A stretch of 64,000 nucleotides of DNA from Leptolyngbyaceae cyanobacterium (GTDB lineage: Bacteria > Cyanobacteriota > Cyanobacteriia > Phormidesmidales > Phormidesmidaceae). Below are positions 57,860 to 64,000 of the stretch, in pieces. Location of the stretch: positions 18,364 through 82,363 of the forward strand of contig CBDHHL010000026.1 of assembly GCA_965263355.1 (NCBI GenBank), read 5' to 3'. Both the position numbers and the translations under genes were made by a program. The notes below the pieces were generated by a model. It searched no databases, had not been told where the DNA came from, and saw nothing but the letters and a program-made list of their open reading frames with translations. Every line of letters begins with the position of its first letter. Position 1 is the first letter of the stretch.

Positions 57860-58969
57860 ATGTTTGATACTGTTTGTAAATTCCTGGTCGAAACGTTTTC
57901 GGTTGACTTTGCTACCTGGTTGCTGGGTGAGCCTGTTACCCTGACTGAACTCAGTCCATCCGAGTTATCCTTGGAACCCATTCGGGCGGATGCGTTGATT
58001 TTGTTACAGTCTGAAGAGACTATTCTGCATCTTGAGTTTCAGTCTAGGCCCGATCCAGATATGGCCTTCCGCATGGCTGACTATCGATTGCGCGTGTATC
58101 GGCGCTTTCCTAAAAAATCGATGCGGCAGGTGGTGATTTATTTGCAGCCTACCCAGGCTGACGCCGTTTATCAAACGACGTTTGAGATTCCTAACACCCG
58201 CCATCAGTTTGAGGTGATTCGGTTATGGGAGCAGCCGTCATCAATATTTCTGAATGCACCAGGGTTATTACCATTTACGGTTTTGACCGCAACTAAGGAT
58301 CGTTCAGAATTGCTGCGGCAGGTGGCACGTAAAATTGAGCTATTGCCTGAGCGTCGTATGCAAAGTAATGTGGCAGCCTCGACGGCAATTTTGGCTGGGT
58401 TAATATTGGATAAGGCTCTAATTCAGAGGGTTTTGAGGAAAGAAATGATGCAAGAATCGGTCATATATCAGGAAATCAAAGCCGAAGGCTGGCAGGAAGG
58501 CCGTCAAGAAGGCTGGCAGGAAGGTCGTCAGGAAGGTCGGCAGGAAGGTCGGCAGGAAGGTCGGCAGGAAGGTCGGCAGGAAGGTCGGCAGGAAGGGGAG
58601 GTGCTATTGGTACGGCGGCTCTTGATGCGTCGAGTTGGTCCATTGCCCGAGGCGTTAGGTGAGCAGATTAAGGTGCTTTCTTTGGTGCAGTTAGAGGGGT
58701 TGGGTGAGGCGTTATTGGATTTTTCTGAATTAGCTGATTTAGAGAGGTGGTTGGGCGATCTTCAGACTGGGATAGCTGAGGTTTTAGAGGGGGTACAGGT
58801 GCAGCTGGGTGAGTTGTTGCCTGGGATGATGGCTGAGGTGCAGGCGTTATCGTTGCAGCAGATAGTGGGGTTAAAGGCTGAGTTGGGTAATTGGTCTACT
58901 GTGCATCAGCTGCAGACTTGGTTAGAGGAGAGAAAGGCTGAGGAAGAGAGTTTTAAGGATGGTTTTTAG
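57860..58969 (+). CDS. Rpn-family (PD-(D/E)XK) nuclease with RQEG repeats and a duplicated DUF4351-like C-terminus
   Basis: EPIRADAL, LHLEFQ, RMADYRLR, MQESVIYQEI, (RQEG)n. Confidence 0.9.
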   Translation: MFDTVCKFLVETFSVDFATWLLGEPVTLTELSPSELSLEPIRADALILLQSEETILHLEFQSRPDPDMAFRMADYRLRVYRRFPKKSMRQVVIYLQPTQADAVYQTTFEIPNTRHQFEVIRLWEQPSSIFLNAPGLLPFTVLTATKDRSELLRQVARKIELLPERRMQSNVAASTAILAGLILDKALIQRVLRKEMMQESVIYQEIKAEGWQEGRQEGWQEGRQEGRQEGRQEGRQEGRQEGRQEGEVLLVRRLLMRRVGPLPEALGEQIKVLSLVQLEGLGEALLDFSELADLERWLGDLQTGIAEVLEGVQVQLGELLPGMMAEVQALSLQQIVGLKAELGNWSTVHQLQTWLEERKAEEESFKDGF

Positions 58970-58978
58970 GGGGACTGC

Positions 58979-59016
58979 GATCGCAACCACAGCAATATCT
59001 GAGGCTTGATGCGATC
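58979..59016 (+). repeat. 38-bp direct repeat, right of the Rpn gene
   Basis: GATCGCAACCACAGCAATATCTGAGGCTTGATGCGATC, bounded by HIP1 sites. Confidence 0.85.
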
Positions 59017-59095
59017 GCGCACAACACTAATAGTGAGATGGTCTAAATACAAACGCTGATGAAACTACGCTAGACTAGAAACATATATACCATTA

Positions 59096-59183
59096 AGTGT
59101 GAAAGCAATTTTTGATATTTCTTGTCAGACGGATAGGGGTGAACGAATTATTGTTGAAGTCCGGCACTTGTTTCGCGTAGCGT
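59096..59183 (+). pseudogene. Remnant of a second Rpn/PD-(D/E)XK-type gene
   Basis: KAIFDISCQTDRGERIIVEV resembles the D...IVE(M/V)Q catalytic core. Confidence 0.5.
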
Positions 59184-59241
59184 GATGCCGTAAAGGTTCT
59201 TTATACCTAGCTTAGGGGATAATAGACTCACTAAAACAAAT

Positions 59242-59666
59242 GTGTCTATTTGGGGTGTTATGGACCGACCATTATCGCATCGATGTCCATTGTGTGGGGC
59301 AGAAGAATCGGTTCAGGTTCATAGTCGGTATCCCACGAAGAGCAATGGTATGCGAACAATCTATCGTTGCCGTTATTGTGACATCTACTATAGTGAAACC
59401 TTTGATAGTGCGGACGACGTAATGCGGCCTTTCGGCGTAAAACCAATCCCTATGCAAAAGATCAAAAGCATTTGCAACGAACCTTGGAGGTCTTTTGGTT
59501 GGTCCACAAATTTGTGCGGGTTCATTTCACCACCAAACGGGTACCTACTGTCCGCATAGAGATTTTGGAAAAGGGACTCTTATGGTCACAGTTGTTATCG
59601 ATTCGATATGCTGTTTAGCTATTATCACGCAAAGGATATAGACTTCCCATCTAACGGAACCAGTAC
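59242..59666 (+). mobile_element. IS1-like transposase remnant (internally deleted)
   Basis: Zinc ribbon CPLCG...YRCRYCDIYYSET, then in another frame LQRTLEVFWLVHKFVRVHFTTKRVP. Confidence 0.6.
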
Positions 59667-59908
59667 GGCTATCTCAGCAGTTATTGATATTTTGGGATAT
59701 TCTCTTTGAATATCAGGTAGGTTCAAGATTAAATGGTGAGATATTGTAAATCAGTTATCACATAAAGAATCCTATGGGATAACTACGGTCTGGATTTTCA
59801 GGGGAGTAGTGACTGATTTCGATATGTGGTTCAGTTAACCAAATGCTATTTCTCAGATGGTTTTCAGGTTAACTGTGTATTACTAAGATGACCCTTTGAC
59901 ACTGCATC

Positions 59909-60409
59909 ATGAAACGCTCAATTATCCTTTCTTTGGCCTTGGCCAGCACGATGCTCTTAGCCAGCTGTGCCAACTCTAGTACGACATCCACATCCCCTGC
60001 ACCCGCTGGAACGGAACAGGCTTCAGCCCCTACCTATGCTGTATTTGCTGAAGACGGTATTGCCATTAGTGGTGCGGATCCAGTAGCTTACTTCACGGCC
60101 AATGAATACACCCCCGGTAGTAATGAGTTTACCTACGACTGGGAAGGTGCCACCTGGCAGTTTGCCTCAGCAGAAAATCGCGACTTGTTTGCCGCTAACC
60201 CTGAAGACTATGCGCCTCAGTATGGCGGTTTCTGTGCCTATGCAGTGAGTCAGGGTAACACGGCTCCCATCGAACCCACCGCATGGAAAATCGTTGATGG
60301 CAAACTCTACTTAAACTACAACGATAAGATTCAGAAGCGTTGGTCTAAAGATATTCCTGGCTATATTACTCAGGCAGATCAAAATTGGCCTGGTGTACTA
60401 GCAAACTAA
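59909..60409 (+). CDS. YHS-domain lipoprotein
   Basis: Lipobox LLASC; GADPVAYF, YAPQYGGFCAYAV, GKLYLNY. Confidence 0.9.
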   Translation: MKRSIILSLALASTMLLASCANSSTTSTSPAPAGTEQASAPTYAVFAEDGIAISGADPVAYFTANEYTPGSNEFTYDWEGATWQFASAENRDLFAANPEDYAPQYGGFCAYAVSQGNTAPIEPTAWKIVDGKLYLNYNDKIQKRWSKDIPGYITQADQNWPGVLAN

Positions 60410-60478
60410 GCTGACTGCATCTGCGCTCAGTTAACGTCAGCCCAGTGATTCACAACGCCACTAAAAAAAACATGGTTG

Positions 60479-60524
60479 CTGCCAAATCGTTTACTTCGAC
60501 TTCGCTCAGTTAACGATTTGGCAG
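60479..60524. repeat. REP-like palindrome
   Basis: CTGCCAAATCGTT...CTTCGACTTCGCTCAG...AACGATTTGGCAG; partial copy at 60421. Confidence 0.65.
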
Positions 60525-60718
60525 ATGACAAAAATCGATAACAATGTCGGTCTTGTGGGGTATCAACGCGCAGCGGGACGATTGCCTCAACAATGTAAGT
60601 TTCTGAGTTTGGAATGCGCTCCCTTTCCGAATTCCGACTTTCGAATTCCAGATTCTGACTTAACCGAAATCTCCCAGCTTACGTTCAATACTCGCCACAT
60701 ATTTCAGACTTAAAGTCT

Positions 60719-61537
60719 TTAGAATTCATACCGGGCTCCCAACTGTAGCGAATGCACAAATAGGGTATCTGCATCAAAATCAGCCCCAAAAGCCTCAAAA
60801 TTTTGTCCTGGGAGACCATGTAAACGGTAACCTAAAAAAGCACTAGCCTGATCACTAATCTCATAGCCAACACCCGCTTTTACTTGAAACACAAAACTCG
60901 CGCCTGTATCATCCAGGGCTAACGCACCAATGCCAGGAATATCAGCCTCTACATCATTGGCAGTTAGGGTAGCTACACCGACACCGCCGCCAATGTAAGG
61001 ACTAAACCGGCTCTTGGTGGGAATATCATAATAGCCATTTACCATAAACTGAGCCGATTCAATATCTCCATCTAACGGGATTTCAGCCAGATCGTTGACT
61101 GTGATACCGTCTACATTGTTGTTGGTATAGGCAACCTCTAGTTCTACACGAGCATCATCAAAACGATAGCCTGCCGCCCCATTAACCCCGAATCCTGTAT
61201 CAGTATCCAAGGAAATATCGATGGGGATATTAGTAACCACAGCGGGACCACCGGGAAATATTGGCTCTGTGGTAATGGCAACAGGTCCGTCTGACTCAAT
61301 ATCAACAGGATAGCCAAACACTATATTTGGTGCTAAAGAGACATACCAGCCATTGTCGTTAGTGTCTTCTGTTTTTGATTGGGTAAGCAGCAGGACAAAA
61401 TCATCGTCTACCGTCTCAGTTGAAATGTTTTCAGCAGTTTGAGCTTCGCTTGTCTGAGCCGATGCAGGGACCACTATCCCTGTGCAAACGATTGCTAAGA
61501 CAGCTGACTTAACCAACAGACTTGTCAGAGTATTCAT
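60719..61537 (-). CDS. Outer-membrane beta-barrel protein (OmpA/OmpW-like)
   Basis: Signal peptide, GAAGYRF, MVNGYYD, PYIGGGVG, terminal GARYEF. Confidence 0.88.
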   Translation of the reverse strand: MNTLTSLLVKSAVLAIVCTGIVVPASAQTSEAQTAENISTETVDDDFVLLLTQSKTEDTNDNGWYVSLAPNIVFGYPVDIESDGPVAITTEPIFPGGPAVVTNIPIDISLDTDTGFGVNGAAGYRFDDARVELEVAYTNNNVDGITVNDLAEIPLDGDIESAQFMVNGYYDIPTKSRFSPYIGGGVGVATLTANDVEADIPGIGALALDDTGASFVFQVKAGVGYEISDQASAFLGYRLHGLPGQNFEAFGADFDADTLFVHSLQLGARYEF

Positions 61538-61819
61538 ATCGAGTTTTGCTGATAGGTGAATGGTCAACAGCATGCCACCCCTGTCAGAAGAGACTACAAA
61601 CCACTTTCCAGCAGCTAAAGTGTCACATTCAGACACTCGCGCCAAAATTGAATATAGCCAGCTATTACAAGATTTTTAAGTTCCTTTGAACTAGAGAATA
61701 GAACTCTCATACTTGTCAGCAAAATTATTGGGAGAACCTAGGCAAAATTACGGTAAGTTCAGGATACTTGTGATCACTTATTACGTAAGCCCTTTACACA
61801 ATGCCCCGATAACATATAT

Positions 61820-61856
61820 CTGAGATTGTGACCTATCCATAGGCCACAATCTCAGG
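61820..61856. terminator. Hairpin downstream of the phosphoketolase gene
   Basis: CTGAGATTGTG...CACAATCTCAG. Confidence 0.5.
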
Positions 61857-61897
61857 TGTCTATACCCCAATGCCCATTGAGGTAGCCATCAAGTCTT

Positions 61898-64000
61898 CTA
61901 GCCCAACAACAGGGCCTGACCTCTTTTTGCTAACATGTCAGCCGTTAGACCATTAAAGGCAAAAAGCTGACCAGCGTTAGCGGTGGTTTCACCCCGTTTC
62001 CAGGCCATTACATCACGAGGCAAAGGGCTGCGCAACATCACAGGCTCTAGCATAGCGCTGGCACCACCGGTAACACCGAGTAAGGCATCCCCTGCAAAGA
62101 GTTTGGCAAAGGCGTCATCACTTAAGAATGTGTCATCACCGTTACGGCAGTTTTCCCAGGCCACATCACTGGAACGGTACAAGCGTCGAGGACTGACGAT
62201 ACCGATTACCTTGGAGCCGATTCCTTCCTTGGCGAGAGCTGCTGTAGCTTCTAATACAGGAAGCAGCATCATGTCGCCAACAACGGCAAACACAACTGTC
62301 TTTTCTCCTGGGGTTTCTTGAATGACAATTGCACCTGTTTCTAACGCCTCACGGGTTTGCTCAAGGGTTGTTCTCACTGGTAGGGGAGATTTACTGGCGG
62401 TAATGGTAATGCCCTTATTGCTTGTGCCTACGGCCCATTCATAACAGGCTTGGATACTGTTGGCATCGATGGGAAAGAGTGGGAATACATTACCGTTGCG
62501 CATCATAGCGGCAAAGTAATTCTCAATCTCGGGACGTTGGTGGGTCCAACCATTTCGTCCCTGTTCCAGAGCCCCGGCGGTAAAGAGACAGATAGTAGAT
62601 GGCGTGTTTCGGCGCAGCTCTGCCATGGCCTGGGTGACGGTTTGCCAAATGGGTAGGCCATTGATGGCAAATGATTCGTAGGAACACCATAAACTGCGAC
62701 CACCAAACAAAGCTTGGGCAGCGGCCATACCGGCACAAGCATCTTCGCTTAGGGGTTCATAGACCTGCCCGTTAGGTCCCTGGAAGTACAGATCGTCTGT
62801 TGTAGGGTGAACAATTTTAAGGGCCTGATTAATATTGTTGATACCCGAAGCAGCATTACCATCGGCATTGGTGACCACAAAATTAGCATCCTGTTTCCCT
62901 ACATGGCCGACCAAGAACCCCATAGCCGTAGTGGCCACTTGCTTATCGCCCCCCACTGGAAATTCGTTTAGGGGTAACTGACCTAAGTCTGCTAAGGGAC
63001 GCTCTGACTCAGTAACAGCGGTTTTGACATTGGGGCCACCATTGGAGCGCTCAAAGTTAGTCCGCACCAGGTCCCAACCAATAGCTGGCAGGGCACGGGC
63101 CTGTAGCGCATTGGCAATATAGTCTTTTTCAAGGGTGTCACCGGGGTAGAGATTGTGGGATTTGGCCCCCCGTTTATGGACACCTGCGCCCTTAAGTTGC
63201 TTGACGATTAATACTGTGAGAGTGCCGGAAAGTGCTTGTTTGGCGGCTTTATCGGTGGCTTCGAGGAGGGCCTGGGTAAAGGCCAGGCGCTGCTTGAGCG
63301 AGAAAGCGGTGCTATCTACATAGGGACCCGGCTGGTCAGTGTCGTCATAGTCCTTGGCGTCGACCAAAATTACGTCCTTAAAGCCATTGCCTTGCCAGTA
63401 GGCGATCATGGCCTCATTAGATTGGGTGGACACCATGCTGTGGTGTTCCTGGGAAAACCCATTCCACACCAGAATGGGTAGGAAGTTGGTGGACTGGGGA
63501 TAGGCCGTATTAAAGTGAGCCATACTACTTATGATGTAGGGCTCACCCAAACCACCGTCGCCAATGGTAACGGGGAATAGGGTGTCGGGATAGAGCTTAG
63601 CCCCGGCCATAGCAAAATGTTGACCCTGGCCCAAAGGACCGGCAGGGTTTAATAGGCCTGGAATTTGTCCTGATAGGTGACCGAGGAGACCATGGGTTTC
63701 GCGGAAGCGATCGCAAAGCTGACTGACCGTCTCAATCTCCATCGCCTCTAACGAACGATCCAAAAAGACGGTGCTGTAAAACCCAGGGGCATGGTGTCCC
63801 ACCTCCGTAATCAGGTTCTTGTAGCCCAGCATCACCAACGCCGCAATGCCATCGGCAATACTGGCAAAGCCACCTGGGTGACCAGACTGTTTGCTAGCCG
63901 CCATTTGCAAGGTTAAGTACCGCAGCGCATCAGCCGCCAGGATGGTTTGATAAACAGCTTTGGGATCACTGGGAGATGCGATCGCCCTATCTCCCTCACC
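61898..64000 (-). CDS. Phosphoketolase/transketolase-like TPP enzyme, 5' end outside the window
   Basis: SGHPGG, VGHHAPG, GPLGQG, TPP motif GDGGLGE...N, QGRNGWTHQ; frame stays open to the window edge. Confidence 0.9.
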   Translation of the reverse strand, partial: GEGDRAIASPSDPKAVYQTILAADALRYLTLQMAASKQSGHPGGFASIADGIAALVMLGYKNLITEVGHHAPGFYSTVFLDRSLEAMEIETVSQLCDRFRETHGLLGHLSGQIPGLLNPAGPLGQGQHFAMAGAKLYPDTLFPVTIGDGGLGEPYIISSMAHFNTAYPQSTNFLPILVWNGFSQEHHSMVSTQSNEAMIAYWQGNGFKDVILVDAKDYDDTDQPGPYVDSTAFSLKQRLAFTQALLEATDKAAKQALSGTLTVLIVKQLKGAGVHKRGAKSHNLYPGDTLEKDYIANALQARALPAIGWDLVRTNFERSNGGPNVKTAVTESERPLADLGQLPLNEFPVGGDKQVATTAMGFLVGHVGKQDANFVVTNADGNAASGINNINQALKIVHPTTDDLYFQGPNGQVYEPLSEDACAGMAAAQALFGGRSLWCSYESFAINGLPIWQTVTQAMAELRRNTPSTICLFTAGALEQGRNGWTHQRPEIENYFAAMMRNGNVFPLFPIDANSIQACYEWAVGTSNKGITITASKSPLPVRTTLEQTREALETGAIVIQETPGEKTVVFAVVGDMMLLPVLEATAALAKEGIGSKVIGIVSPRRLYRSSDVAWENCRNGDDTFLSDDAFAKLFAGDALLGVTGGASAMLEPVMLRSPLPRDVMAWKRGETTANAGQLFAFNGLTADMLAKRGQALLLG

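Noticed and set aside
59909..60409. Selenoprotein form of the YHS protein
   Set aside because: The GGFC position is a Cys codon and there is no in-frame TGA

Overview
Cyanobacterial chromosomal segment. Evidence: frequent HIP1 octamers (GCGATCGC) plus ycf3, ndhP and hli; the gene content suggests a filamentous Leptolyngbya-like strain. (1) 1-4620 looks like the right end of an integrated element. It holds an LRR-Roc-COR gene running off the window, a DUF433/PIN (VapBC45-like) toxin-antitoxin pair bracketed by a duplicated Uma2 3' segment, and a 3'-half tRNA-Pro att-like site. (2) About 5.1-22.9 kb is a partly decayed metal-homeostasis region. It contains a CbiMQO-type Ni/Co ECF operon with a CsoR/RcnR/InrS-type operator, an uncharacterised HupE/UreJ + MacB-like ABC + ZnuA-like operon, a DUF3299-RcnA/NicO fusion, a Zur-box-preceded CxCxxC micro-protein, cobN and RAYT remnants and a dead IS4. 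Embedded in it is an NtcA box + glutamine riboswitch + 50-aa IF7-like gene that the ORF track misses. (3) About 23-45 kb is mostly core genes: L,D-transpeptidase, alpha-amylase, a partner-switch triad, aroA, ycf3, gatC, ndhP, mpg, pyrB and moaE. (4) 45-64 kb holds a fused MNT-HEPN remnant, a five-gene SWIM/DUF5691/MoxR-AAA/DUF5682/VWA (yeh-like) operon with one gene split by a 2-bp slip in a tandem repeat, phoX, an Rpn gene flanked by 38-bp direct repeats, an IS remnant, a YHS protein, an outer-membrane barrel and a 5'-truncated phosphoketolase. All family calls come from motif recognition by eye, not database searches.
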